A stretch of DNA of 64,000 nt, taken from assembly GCA_044229975.1 (NCBI GenBank), contig JBGARZ010000004.1:224001-288000 (forward strand), in the 5' to 3' direction. Origin of the DNA: Polyangiales bacterium. GTDB taxonomy: Bacteria; Myxococcota_A; Polyangia; Polyangiales; Ga0077539. Numbering within the stretch: the first letter of the stretch is position 1; the number at the start of each line of letters is the position of its first letter. Below are positions 19,834 through 29,478 of this stretch, piece by piece. Made by a program: the position numbers and the translations under genes. The notes under the pieces were generated by a model. The model worked only from the letters and a program-made list of their open reading frames with translations. It did not search any database and was not told the origin of the DNA.

Positions 19834-22563
19834 ATGCCCACGACGCTGCCGCCGCCCGGTGACCCGAAGGCCCTCTACGTGCTCGACCTCTCGGGCTACG
19901 TCTTCCGCGCCTATCACGCGGTCGCGCCGCTCTCCAACAGCAAGGGAGAGCCCACCTTCGCGACGCTCGGCGTCACCAACATGCTGCACTCGCTCGTGCG
20001 CAACCAGCGGCCGCACCTGCTCGCGGTCGCCATGGACAGCGCGTCGCCGACGTTCCGTCACGCGATGTACTCCGAGTACAAGGCCAACCGGCCGCCGCCG
20101 CCGCCCGACCTCTCGCTCCAGATGGCGCGCTGCCGCGAGGTGGCCGAGGCCTACAAGATCCCGGTGCTCCAGTGCGACGGCGTCGAGGCCGACGACCTGC
20201 TCGCCACCTGCGTCGTCGAAGCCCGCAAGCACGGGCTCTTCACCGTCATCTGCTCCGGGGACAAGGACCTCCTCCAGCTCGTCGCCGACGACGTCATCAT
20301 GTGGGACGCGATGCGCTCCCGCATCTACGGCGCCGACGAGGTGAAGGAGAAGTGGGGCGTCCCCCCCAACCGCGTGCGCGACCTGCTCGCGCTCATGGGC
20401 GACAGCTCCGACAACGTCCCCGGCGTGGCCCACGTCGGCGAGAAGACCGCCGCGAAGCTGCTCACGGAGTTCGACACGCTCGACGGTGTGTACGCCAACC
20501 TCGACAAGATCAAGGGGAAGGTCCGCGAGAACCTCCAGCTCCACGAGGCCGACGCGAAGCTCTCGCGCGAGCTCGTGAGCCTCAAGTACGACGTGCCCAT
20601 GACGCTCGACGTCGACGAGCTCACCTACGGCGGATACGACCGCGCGAAGGTTCGCGCCCTCTTCGAAGACCTCGAGTTCACCCGCCTCGTGGCCGCCATC
20701 GACGCCGAGGACGCCAAGGCCGCCGCGACGACCAGCGCCGCCGGGCCCATCGCGGCGGTGGCCGCGGTGTACGAGCCCGTGCTGACGCTCGACGCGCTCG
20801 ACGACGCCATCGCGAAGTGCCGCGCCGCCGGGAGCTTCGCCGTGGACACCGAGACCACCAGCCTCAACGCGGCGTCGGCGGCGCTCGTGGGCGTCTCGCT
20901 GTCGTGGGCGAGCGGCCTCGGGGTGTACCTCCCGCTCGGGCACCGGGTGCTGGGCGACCCGGCGCAGCTCGACCGCAAGGCCGCCCTCGACCGGCTGCGC
21001 CCGCTCTTCGCCGACGCGTCCGTCCGCAAGGTCGGCCAGAACGTGAAGTACGACGACATCATCCTGCGTCGCGCGGGCGTTCCGGTGAGCGGGTACGACT
21101 TCGACACGATGCTGGCGAGCTACCTCATCGACCCCGAGCGGCACACCCACAAGCTCGACGAGATCAGCAAGAGCGAGCTCGGCTACGAGATGGTGAGCTA
21201 CGAGAGCGTCACCAAGGTGGGCAAGGGCAAGCAGATCACCTTCGACGAGGTCGACATCGCGCGCGCCACCCGCTACGCCGCCGAGGACGCCGAGGTGGTC
21301 ACGCGGCTGCGCGCGCGGCTCGAACCGAAGCTCGATAGCGAAGGGCTCACGAAGCTCCTGCACGACGTCGAGCTGCCGCTGGCGCTGCTGCTCGGGCGCA
21401 TCGAGGAGCACGGCGTGCTGGTGGACGCCGCGCACCTGAAGGCGATGTCCAGGCAGGCGGGCGCCGACGTGGTGAAGCTGGAGGCCGAGGCGCACGCGAT
21501 CGTGGGCCACCCCTTCAACGTGAACTCCCCGAAGCAGCTCGAGACCATTCTCTTCGATGAGCTGAAGCTGCCGGTGCTGAAGAAGACCAAGACCGGGCGC
21601 TCGACGGACGCCGAGGTGCTCGATGAGCTCGCCGCGCAGCACGCGCTGCCCAGGAAGATCCTGGAGATTCGCTCGATCACGAAGCTCATCGGGACGTACC
21701 TCGACGCGCTGCCCGGCCTGGTCGACGCGAACGGCCGCGTGCATTCGAGCTTCAACCAGGCCGTGGCCGCGACGGGAAGGCTCTCGTCGGCCGACCCCAA
21801 CCTCCAGAACATCCCGGTGCGGACGCCGCTGGGGCGCGAGATCCGGCGCGCGTTCGTGGCGCCGCCGGGGTGCCTGATTCTCTCTGCGGACTATTCACAG
21901 ATCGAGCTGCGGGTATTGGCACATCTGTCGGGTGATCCGATCCTGGTGGACGCGTTCAAGTCGGGAGACGACGTGCACGTGAGGACGGCGATGGAGATCT
22001 TCAAGGTCGCCAGGGCCGACGTGTCGAAGGACATGCGCGCGAAGGCGAAGACGACGAACTTCGCGGTGATCTACGGGCAGGGCGAGTCGGCGCTGGCGAA
22101 GAAGCTGGGCATCACGCGCGACGAGGCGCAGGAGTTCATCGAGAAGTATTTCGTGACCTTCGCGACGCTGCGGAAGTACCTCGACGACGTGGTCGCCAAC
22201 GCCCGCACGGGCGAAGGGGTGCGCACGCTGCTGGGTCGGCGGAGGTTTCTGCCCGACCTGCACTCGTCCAACCGGGCGCTCCGTCTGACGGCCGAGCGCG
22301 TGGCGCAGAACACGCCCATCCAGGGGACGGCGGCGGACATCATCAAGCTGGCGATGCTGCGCGTGGACGAGCGGATCACGGCGGAGAAGCTGGCGACGAA
22401 GATGGTCTCGTCGGTGCACGACGAGCTGGTCTTCGAGGTTCCGGTGGGGGAGAAGGATGCCGTGGGGCCGCTGGTGAAGGAGACGATGGAGGGGGTGATG
22501 AAGCTCGACGTGCCCCTGGTGGTGGAGTGCGGCTGGGGGAGCAACTGGGGCGACGCGCACTGA
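19834..22563 (+). CDS. polA: DNA polymerase I
   Basis: 5'-exo 'FRAYHA', 'EADD'; 3'-exo 'DTETT'; polymerase 'TGRLSS', 'DYSQIELR', 'QGTAADIIK', 'VHDELVFE'. Confidence 0.98.
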   Translation: MPTTLPPPGDPKALYVLDLSGYVFRAYHAVAPLSNSKGEPTFATLGVTNMLHSLVRNQRPHLLAVAMDSASPTFRHAMYSEYKANRPPPPPDLSLQMARCREVAEAYKIPVLQCDGVEADDLLATCVVEARKHGLFTVICSGDKDLLQLVADDVIMWDAMRSRIYGADEVKEKWGVPPNRVRDLLALMGDSSDNVPGVAHVGEKTAAKLLTEFDTLDGVYANLDKIKGKVRENLQLHEADAKLSRELVSLKYDVPMTLDVDELTYGGYDRAKVRALFEDLEFTRLVAAIDAEDAKAAATTSAAGPIAAVAAVYEPVLTLDALDDAIAKCRAAGSFAVDTETTSLNAASAALVGVSLSWASGLGVYLPLGHRVLGDPAQLDRKAALDRLRPLFADASVRKVGQNVKYDDIILRRAGVPVSGYDFDTMLASYLIDPERHTHKLDEISKSELGYEMVSYESVTKVGKGKQITFDEVDIARATRYAAEDAEVVTRLRARLEPKLDSEGLTKLLHDVELPLALLLGRIEEHGVLVDAAHLKAMSRQAGADVVKLEAEAHAIVGHPFNVNSPKQLETILFDELKLPVLKKTKTGRSTDAEVLDELAAQHALPRKILEIRSITKLIGTYLDALPGLVDANGRVHSSFNQAVAATGRLSSADPNLQNIPVRTPLGREIRRAFVAPPGCLILSADYSQIELRVLAHLSGDPILVDAFKSGDDVHVRTAMEIFKVARADVSKDMRAKAKTTNFAVIYGQGESALAKKLGITRDEAQEFIEKYFVTFATLRKYLDDVVANARTGEGVRTLLGRRRFLPDLHSSNRALRLTAERVAQNTPIQGTAADIIKLAMLRVDERITAEKLATKMVSSVHDELVFEVPVGEKDAVGPLVKETMEGVMKLDVPLVVECGWGSNWGDAH

Positions 22564-22871
22564 TGTTCGCAACGGGTCAGGCCGGGCGCGCGGCCCTCGG
22601 GCTGAGGGGCATCGTGGTGGTGTGGAGCCTCGGGTCGTGCGCGACCGCCAGCGGGAGCTGGGAGACGTTGCCTTCGGCCGAGCAGCGGGCGTTTCAGCAC
22701 TGCCAGAACGCCATCACCCTGCGCGAGTGCCCGCCCGTCCCTGGCGCCGCCGACGAGCAGGAGTGCGTCAGCGCCGCGCGGGCGGTGTACGCCGGCATGA
22801 GCGAACCCGCGGAGCGTCGGCGCTGGCTGGCGGCTCATGGGTGTTCGCGGACGAGCGCGACGTCGCCGTAG
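22563..22871 (+). CDS. Small Cys-containing putative lipoprotein
   Basis: TGATG overlap with the polA stop; lipobox-like 'LGSC'. Confidence 0.5.
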   Translation: MFATGQAGRAALGLRGIVVVWSLGSCATASGSWETLPSAEQRAFQHCQNAITLRECPPVPGAADEQECVSAARAVYAGMSEPAERRRWLAAHGCSRTSATSP

Positions 22872-22926
22872 GAGCGCGCAACCGGGCTGCACAAGCCGTG
22901 CAGGTGTGCAGCGGCGTTGCGCAGGT

Positions 22927-24711
22927 TCAGGGCGACAGGTAGCGGAGGTAGACGTGGGCACCCGAGACGCCCGTCACCAGGTCGCCGCTCGCGTTGGACT
23001 GGAACACCACGTAGCTCCCGTCGGGGGTGATGGCGCTGGTGTCGGAGATGCCACCGGAGATGGTTCCGTCGAGGCGGCTCGACACGGTGAAGAGGGCGCG
23101 GGTAGCGAGGTCGAAGGTGAGCAGGTCGCGGCCGCTTCCGGGGTCGCCGACGACGAGGTTGGTGGCCTCGCTGTAGAAGAGAACGCGCCCGGTGGCGGTC
23201 ACCCCCGTGGGCATGGACACCCCGTTGGGCTCGACGCCGTCGGCGCGCAGGCTGACGCGCGTGGTGGTGTGCGTCGTGCGGTCGTGCACGTAGACGTCCG
23301 AGCGCCCGTTGGTGTCGCCCGCGACGAGGTTGGTCGCGTCGGACTGGAAGGCCACGTAGCGGCCGTCGCGGGAGATCATCGGGCGCCGCGATGATCCGTT
23401 GGCCTGCGTTCCGTCGGTGGCCACGCTCACGCGCTCGACGGTGTTGCTGGCGCGGTCGCGCACCATGACGTCGTAGAAGTTCGCGGTGTCGCCGGTCACG
23501 AGGTTGGACGCGCCCGACTCGAAGGCCACGTAACGGCCGTCCGTGCTCATGCACGGAAACGCGCTCTCCCCGTTGCCCGGCTCGCCGGTCGCGGTCTGGC
23601 TGATGAGCTCGTAGGTGCGCGCGGCGCGGTCGTAGAGCACGGCCTGGCGGGCCGTCGCGCCATGAAGAAACGCGGCGCCGTTGGTGCGGAAGGCCACGAG
23701 GCGCCCGTCCGCGGTGACCCGCGCGTTGTCGGCGAACTCGCCCGCCGCGAGGCCCGCGCTGACGTGCACGAGCGTGTGGGTGGCGCGCTCGAAGGCGAAG
23801 ACGTCGTTGTTGGCGTTGACGTCACCCGCCACGAGGTTGGTCGACGTGGAGACGAAGACCACCACGCGGCCGTCGCCAGAGATGTCGGCGTTTTGCGCGT
23901 CGCCGTCGCCCTCGGTGGTCTGGTTGGCGGCGAGGCTGGCGCGCTCCCAGGTGTTGAGCACGCGGTCGCGCACGTAGACGTCGTAGCGGGCGTTGGTGTC
24001 GCCCGTGACGAAGTTGGTCGCGCGCGAGTAGACGGCGACGAAGCGCTGGTCGTCGCTGATGGTGGGGCCGTAGGTGACGCCGTTGGCGAGGGGGTCGACG
24101 GACTCGATGGCGCCACAGGTCGAGCCGAGGCAGGCGGTTCCGGTGGCGCAGGCGGCGCCACACGCGCCGCAGTGGAGGCGGTCGTGGGCGGTGTCGACGC
24201 AGCGGCCGGAGCACACCGTCTCCCAGGCGGCGCAGGCGCAGGCGCCGGCGGTGCAGGTGCCGCCGGTGGGGCAGGCGTTGCCGCAGCCGCCGCAGTGGCG
24301 GGCGTCGGTGAGTGGGTCGACGCAGGCGCCGTCGCAGGTGAGGCGGGGCGCGACGCACGGCGGAACATCGACGGCCGGGGGCACATCGACGGCCGGGGGA
24401 ACATCGACGGGCGAGCCCGCGTCGATGGCGACGACATCGGACGCGACATCGGTGACGACGGGGACATCGGTGGCGACGGGGACATCGGTGGCGACGGGGA
24501 CATCGGTGGCGACGGGGACGTCGGTGGCGATGGGGACATCGCGAGTGGGAGCGTCGACGGTGGCGGTGTCGACGGGAGATCCCGCGTCGGTGGCAGGGAC
24601 ATCAGGCTGCGCGTTGGTATCGGGAGCGGAGGCGTCGAGGGCGGCGGTGGTGCCACCACCACAGCCGATGAGAACGAAGGCGAACGACAGCGAGGAAGGG
24701 GAAAACTTCAT
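22927..24711 (-). CDS. Lipoprotein with Cys-rich repeats and TolB/PD40-like beta-propeller
   Basis: 'LIGC' lipobox, ATDVPV repeats, two 'HCGxCGxAC' modules, repeated 'SxDGRYVAFxSxAxNLVxGDTN'. Confidence 0.85.
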   Translation of the reverse strand: MKFSPSSLSFAFVLIGCGGGTTAALDASAPDTNAQPDVPATDAGSPVDTATVDAPTRDVPIATDVPVATDVPVATDVPVATDVPVVTDVASDVVAIDAGSPVDVPPAVDVPPAVDVPPCVAPRLTCDGACVDPLTDARHCGGCGNACPTGGTCTAGACACAAWETVCSGRCVDTAHDRLHCGACGAACATGTACLGSTCGAIESVDPLANGVTYGPTISDDQRFVAVYSRATNFVTGDTNARYDVYVRDRVLNTWERASLAANQTTEGDGDAQNADISGDGRVVVFVSTSTNLVAGDVNANNDVFAFERATHTLVHVSAGLAAGEFADNARVTADGRLVAFRTNGAAFLHGATARQAVLYDRAARTYELISQTATGEPGNGESAFPCMSTDGRYVAFESGASNLVTGDTANFYDVMVRDRASNTVERVSVATDGTQANGSSRRPMISRDGRYVAFQSDATNLVAGDTNGRSDVYVHDRTTHTTTRVSLRADGVEPNGVSMPTGVTATGRVLFYSEATNLVVGDPGSGRDLLTFDLATRALFTVSSRLDGTISGGISDTSAITPDGSYVVFQSNASGDLVTGVSGAHVYLRYLSP

Positions 24712-24797
24712 GGATGGGCCTCCGCCGGGATGAGGGCGTGCGGGGCCTCTCGCGCCGTGGAAAGCGCGCTGCGCTGAGAGGACCCATCGACTCCATG

Positions 24798-24813
24798 AGC
24801 AATCGACGGGCCA
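24798..24813 (-). promoter_or_regulatory. Putative sigma54 (-24/-12) promoter
   Basis: Minus strand TGGCCC-GTCGA-TTGCT against consensus TGGCAC-N5-TTGCW, ~90 bp upstream of the start at 24711. Confidence 0.65.
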
Positions 24814-24918
24814 CGGTTGGTGCGCGATCAGTCGTTGGCGAAGACGTCGTCGACCGAGCGAACGGAGAGCACCCGCGCCGCCCACAGTCGGCGGTGCCAC
24901 GCCGCGGCGTGGGACCCA

Positions 24919-25572
24919 TCACGCCCGCACCCTCAGCGCCAGCAGCTCCGTGCGCCCCAACAACGGGAACCACCGCGTCGCCGCCACGCTCACCGACCAC
25001 GCCGCGAGCTCGCCCGCGTAGCGCTCCTGGTCGATCCTCGGGACGATCAGGTACATCGCCCCGCCCTCTGCGAGGTGCCCCGGCGCCTCCGCGAGACACC
25101 GGCGCACCACGCTCCCGCCGCACCACGCGCGCTCGTCGTCGGAGCCTGCCTCGTGGTCGTGGAAGGGCGGGTTGAAGACAATCGCGTCGAACCGCTGCCC
25201 CGCAAGCTCCGCGAAGAGATCGGAGTGCAGCAGCCGCACCCGCACGCCCATCCGCTCCGCCGCCGTCGCGACCGCGTCGAGCGGAACGTGCGGCAGGTCG
25301 GTGGCCGTCACCTCGAACCCGCGTCGCGCCGCGGCCAGCGCCCAGAAGCCGGCGCCCGTCCCCAGTTCGAGCACCGTCGCGTTCGCCGGCAGCAGGTCGA
25401 GCGCGGCCTCCTGCAACGACCCGACGCCCACACCCATGAACGGCGCCGGGTGATGCACTCCGGGCGCGACGATCAGCGACACGCCGCGGTGCTCGACCGG
25501 GCCCGACCGCGCGAGCGCCCGCTGCGCCAGCACCAACGCCCGCGTGCGCAAGCTGTATAGAATGCCGTTCAA
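24919..25572 (-). CDS. Class I SAM-dependent methyltransferase (HemK-like NPPF motif)
   Basis: 'VLELGTGAG', 'FDAIVFNPPF'; TTG start overlapping the upstream stop. Confidence 0.85.
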   Translation of the reverse strand: MNGILYSLRTRALVLAQRALARSGPVEHRGVSLIVAPGVHHPAPFMGVGVGSLQEAALDLLPANATVLELGTGAGFWALAAARRGFEVTATDLPHVPLDAVATAAERMGVRVRLLHSDLFAELAGQRFDAIVFNPPFHDHEAGSDDERAWCGGSVVRRCLAEAPGHLAEGGAMYLIVPRIDQERYAGELAAWSVSVAATRWFPLLGRTELLALRVRA

Positions 25573-26897
25573 GCCTCCTCCAGCGCGGCGACGAAGCGGC
25601 GCATCAGCGCGTGGGCGCCGTCGTCGGAGAGCCGCGGCACCTCGTACGCCAATGCAGCGGTGACCGACCCCGGCAGCGCGGTCACGGTGAGCCCCACGCC
25701 CGGCTGTCGCGGCAACCCGCTCAGGCAGTACACGCGCCGCACGCGCACGCTCGCCGGGAGACGGAGGCCCTCCGGCACGCGGATGTGGCTGAACAAGAAC
25801 GAGTACATGAACGACGACCTCCGCTCGTCGAGCCACCGGAAGAACGCCCGCATCGCGAACGGCGGCAGCGTCGCTCCCAACAGCGCGAGGGCTACCGGGG
25901 TGGCGAGGGCGAGCTCGGGGTCGCGACCGGCCCGCAGGCGATCGGCGAGCCGTCGCACGAGGTCGTCGCCATCCACCTCCGCCGCGGTGAAGTCGGCCTC
26001 GATGACGCCGATGTGGTTCTGGAGCGAACGCCCGACGCCAAACTCGCCGCGCAGGTCGACCGGGACCAGCGCCCGGAAGGTCTCGTCGCCCATCCCCCGC
26101 TCGCGCCGCCACGCCGCCGCCGCGCGCAGAAACGCCGCCAGCAGCAGGTCGTTGCGCGTCGCCCCGAGTCGCGTGGCCCGCTCGCGGAGCCGCGCCCAGA
26201 CCGTCGGGTCGACGTCGACCACCGCGCAGCGCAGCGACTCGCCGCGGGCCTCGACGCGCTCCAGCAGCGCCGCCCGCCGCTCGCCGAAGCGGCGCGCCCC
26301 GGCGACGTTGGCGCGCAGCAGCGACGCGGTGAAGCGCAGCCCGCGACGTGCGAGCAGCCGACGGAGGCTGGCGCCGCTCGGAGCGACGGGATCGGGGACG
26401 ACCGCAGGCTCGCCGTCGAGGAGGCAGTAGCGGGTGAGGAGCGCGTCGAAGAGCGCGAGCGCGCCGACGCCGTCGGTGACGCTGTGGTGCAGCGTGAACA
26501 CGAGCTGGTACCCGCCGCCCGGCCGCGGCGCGTGCAGCAGGCGGACGGGCGCCGTCGTCGCGAGGTCGAGGGTGCGCCCGAACCAGTCGGCGTCGTTGAG
26601 GTCGATGGGATCGTCGCTCCAGGTGAGGAGGCCGTCGGCGCCGCTCCACGAGGTCGCCGGGGCGGCGAAGCGCGTGAGGCCGACGGGTGACTCCTGGACG
26701 TAGCTGCGCAGCGTCGGCACCGACGCGACGAGTCCGGCGAGGGCGCCGTCGAGGATCGCTCGGTCGAAGGGAGCGTCCGTGTCGACGACGTGGTGCGTGG
26801 TCATCGGGCGACCCGGGTAGGTCTGCGCGACGATGGCGCGGTCCATCCAGTTCATCTCCAGCGCGTGCGGTGCGGGCGCGCGGCGGGGGAGGTTCAT
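25569..26897 (-). CDS. Standalone condensation-domain / CoA-dependent acyltransferase
   Basis: HHxxxDG 'LHHSVTDGVG', 'ATRNDLLLAA', 'VPVDLR'. Confidence 0.8.
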   Translation of the reverse strand: MNLPRRAPAPHALEMNWMDRAIVAQTYPGRPMTTHHVVDTDAPFDRAILDGALAGLVASVPTLRSYVQESPVGLTRFAAPATSWSGADGLLTWSDDPIDLNDADWFGRTLDLATTAPVRLLHAPRPGGGYQLVFTLHHSVTDGVGALALFDALLTRYCLLDGEPAVVPDPVAPSGASLRRLLARRGLRFTASLLRANVAGARRFGERRAALLERVEARGESLRCAVVDVDPTVWARLRERATRLGATRNDLLLAAFLRAAAAWRRERGMGDETFRALVPVDLRGEFGVGRSLQNHIGVIEADFTAAEVDGDDLVRRLADRLRAGRDPELALATPVALALLGATLPPFAMRAFFRWLDERRSSFMYSFLFSHIRVPEGLRLPASVRVRRVYCLSGLPRQPGVGLTVTALPGSVTAALAYEVPRLSDDGAHALMRRFVAALEEA

Positions 26898-27028
26898 GCG
26901 GTGCGACCGTACACCTCGACGCGGGCGCCGGCCCCAACGCATCCGGCGAGTACGACGTGCTCCCGCTCGGCGCGACCGCGGTCCTCGAGCGGCTCACCCG
27001 CTGAGCGCGGAGGGGCGTGGGTTGGCGC

Positions 27029-27034
27029 TTGACG
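27029..27034 (+). promoter_or_regulatory. Possible -35 box (TTGACG) for the abi leader
   Basis: 5/6 match to TTGACA upstream of the structured leader; -10 box weak. Confidence 0.35.
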
Positions 27035-27059
27035 CGCCATGCTCGATGCGACACAAACC

Positions 27060-27121
27060 CATCCAACACGCCCGCCTCGCCTCTGCCGAAAGGCACGCGC
27101 ACTAGGCGGGCTTTTTCATTT
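27060..27121 (+). ncRNA. Structured leader RNA / intrinsic terminator upstream of the Abi gene (candidate RNA antitoxin)
   Basis: GCCCGCCT(27070-77)/AGGCGGGC(27104-11) stem enclosing TGCC-GAAA-GGCA, followed by TTTTTCATTT. Confidence 0.55.
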
Positions 27122-27139
27122 CTTCGGCGTGGGTCTGCG

Positions 27140-28045
27140 ATGGGGACGCGCTACGACAAACCGGCCCTGACGATCGACCAGCAGCTGGCGTTGTTGGTGT
27201 CTCGCGGCATGACGGTGGCCGACCCTCAGCGCGCTCAGCGCGTGCTCTCCAACATCAGTTACTACCGACTCAGCGGCTACTGGTATCCGCTCCGCAAGGT
27301 CGACGCCGCCGGGCAGCGAGCTGACGACTTCCGGCTGGGCAGCAGCTTCGAGTTGGCCGTCGAACTGTACGAGTTCGATCGTCAGCTTCGCCTCGAGTTG
27401 CTCGACGGAGTCGAGCGGGTGGAGGTCGCGCTCCGCACCAGCGTGACCTACCGCTTCGGGCTAGCGGCGGGAGCTTTCGGCCACACCGACCCGACGAAGT
27501 TTCGCGCCGGTTTCGAGCACGCAGACTGGCTCCGACGGGTCGAGGAGGAGATCGAGCGTTCGCAGGAGACCTTCGTCGAGCACTACCGGCGGCGATACGA
27601 CGGCCACCCCCGACTGCCGCTGTGGATGGCGACGGAGGTGATGTCCTTCGGCTCCCTCTCGCGCCTCTTCAAGAACGTCGCGGCAGACGTCCAGCGCGAG
27701 ATCGCGAAGCCCTTCGCCGTCCACCACAGCGTGCTCGCGAGCTGGCTGCACGTGATCACCGTCGTCCGCAACGTCTGCGCCCACCACGCCCGGCTCTGGA
27801 ACCGCGAACTCGGCGTCCGGCCCAAGTTGCCCCAACACGACCCGAGCTGGAGGGTTCCGGCGTCGGACCGACTCTTCGCGGTGCTGCTCATCCTGCGCCA
27901 TATGCTCCGTGCTCTGGGCGAAGGCAGCGGCTGGGCCACGAGGGTCGAGCAACTCGTGAATCCGATCGCACGGAAGGGGGCCAACGGCACCTCCATGGGT
28001 CTTCCGCCACGCTGGAACGATCACCCCATCTGGGCCGGTCGCTGA
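27140..28045 (+). CDS. Abi family protein (Abi_2, AbiD/AbiF-like HEPN RNase)
   Basis: 'KPALTIDQQL', 'ISYYRLSGY', 'LYEFDRQLR', 'VEVALRT', 'PLWMATEVMSFG', HEPN RxxxxH 'RNVCAHHARLWN'. Confidence 0.92.
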   Translation: MGTRYDKPALTIDQQLALLVSRGMTVADPQRAQRVLSNISYYRLSGYWYPLRKVDAAGQRADDFRLGSSFELAVELYEFDRQLRLELLDGVERVEVALRTSVTYRFGLAAGAFGHTDPTKFRAGFEHADWLRRVEEEIERSQETFVEHYRRRYDGHPRLPLWMATEVMSFGSLSRLFKNVAADVQREIAKPFAVHHSVLASWLHVITVVRNVCAHHARLWNRELGVRPKLPQHDPSWRVPASDRLFAVLLILRHMLRALGEGSGWATRVEQLVNPIARKGANGTSMGLPPRWNDHPIWAGR

Positions 28046-28082
28046 CCCCACCGCGCAGACCAACGGCGTCGGCGAGAGCCCG

Positions 28083-29357
28083 CTACGGCAGCGACGCCAG
28101 GATCTCGCGCTCGATGGCGGCGTAGTCCACCGTCACGTCGAGCCGCGCGAGCAGCGAGTAGAACCCGAACTGCAACCGGTTCATGAAGGTCATGTGCGGG
28201 GGCATCCCGAAGAACTCCGCCTCGGGCAGCGTGCGGCTCTCCTTGGCGACGACCTTCATGCCCTCGACGAGGCTCGCTGCGTACGGCCGGGTCATGTTCC
28301 AGGGCGACTCGAAGAGGGGCTTGAACGCCACCCGGATGTACTCCCAGCAGAGCACCTCCATGCCGCCCGGCTTCGCGCCCAGCATCCGCCCGAGCGCCGC
28401 GCGAAACTCCTTCTCGTCGCGCGCGATGGCCGCCCGGTGCATGGCCCGCGCGTTGTCGCGGTTGTCGTCGGGGATGCGCTGCACGCAGCCGAAATCGAGC
28501 ACTCCCACCGCGCCGTCGGGCAGGAAGATGTAGTTGCCCGGGTGCGGGTCGGCGTTGAAGCGACCTCCCGCCAGGATGGCCGTGAACACGTAGCGCCAGA
28601 GCGTCTTCGCCCACGCCTCGCGCTGCGCGAGCGGCGCCGCCACCGCGTCGTCGAAGCTCCGCCCCTCGATGAACTCCATGGTCAGCACGCGCCCCGTCGA
28701 GCGGTCGTCGATGACCGCGGGCACGGTGACCTTCGGGTCGTCGCGAAACATCTCCGCGAAGTGCCGCTGGTTGTCGGCCTCGTGCTGGTAGTCGAGCTCC
28801 TCGCGGAAGCGCTCCTTGATGACCGCGAACACTGCCTTCGGGTCGTGCCGCCCGAGGCCCATGCTCGACGCCATGCTGGTGAGAATCCCCCCGTTGGAGA
28901 GGTCGCTCTCCACCGCCGCCGCCACGTTGGGGTGTTGCACCTTCACCGCCACGGCGCGTCCGTCGTGGAGCCGCGCGCGGTGCACCTGCCCGATGGAGGC
29001 GCTCGCGATGGGGGTGTCGCTCCACTCGGCGAAGAGTGTTTCGGGCGCGGCGCCGAGCTCGGCGACGATGAGCGCGCGCACCTCCGCGGGCGACGACTGC
29101 GGTGTGGCGGCGCGCAGCCCCTTCATGGCGAGCTCGTAGTGCTCGCGCTGGCCTTCGGGGATCACCCCGTCGACGTAGCTGGCCATCTGACCGACCTTGG
29201 CCGCGAGGCCGCGGAGCGTCCCGAGCACCTCCGCGGTGTGCATGGCCGCGGCGCGGGCGTCCTTGTCGAGGAGCATCCCGGCGCCGGCGCGGAGCCCGGT
29301 CGAGGCGAGGCGGGCGAAGCGTCCGAGGCGTCCGGTGGGGAGGTCGCGTTCATCCAT
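28083..29357 (-). CDS. AarF/ABC1/UbiB family atypical kinase
   Basis: 'AKVGQ', 'ASASIGQVHRA', 'VAVKVQHP', 'ADPHPGN', 'LDFGC'. Confidence 0.92.
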   Translation of the reverse strand: MDERDLPTGRLGRFARLASTGLRAGAGMLLDKDARAAAMHTAEVLGTLRGLAAKVGQMASYVDGVIPEGQREHYELAMKGLRAATPQSSPAEVRALIVAELGAAPETLFAEWSDTPIASASIGQVHRARLHDGRAVAVKVQHPNVAAAVESDLSNGGILTSMASSMGLGRHDPKAVFAVIKERFREELDYQHEADNQRHFAEMFRDDPKVTVPAVIDDRSTGRVLTMEFIEGRSFDDAVAAPLAQREAWAKTLWRYVFTAILAGGRFNADPHPGNYIFLPDGAVGVLDFGCVQRIPDDNRDNARAMHRAAIARDEKEFRAALGRMLGAKPGGMEVLCWEYIRVAFKPLFESPWNMTRPYAASLVEGMKVVAKESRTLPEAEFFGMPPHMTFMNRLQFGFYSLLARLDVTVDYAAIEREILASLP

Positions 29358-29478
29358 TGGGTGGCGCGGACCAATGGGGGTAGAAACGGCACCGGCGTCA
29401 AGCGCCGGGAATCCCGCAACGACGCCAACCCCAGGAACCGGCGACCGCGAGGGCGCCGGACCAGCGGGCGCGCCTCCC

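Noticed and set aside
26900..27004. Short + strand scrap 'VHLDAGAGPNASGEYDVLPLGATAVLERLTR'
   Set aside because: May be a gene remnant but is too short to assign
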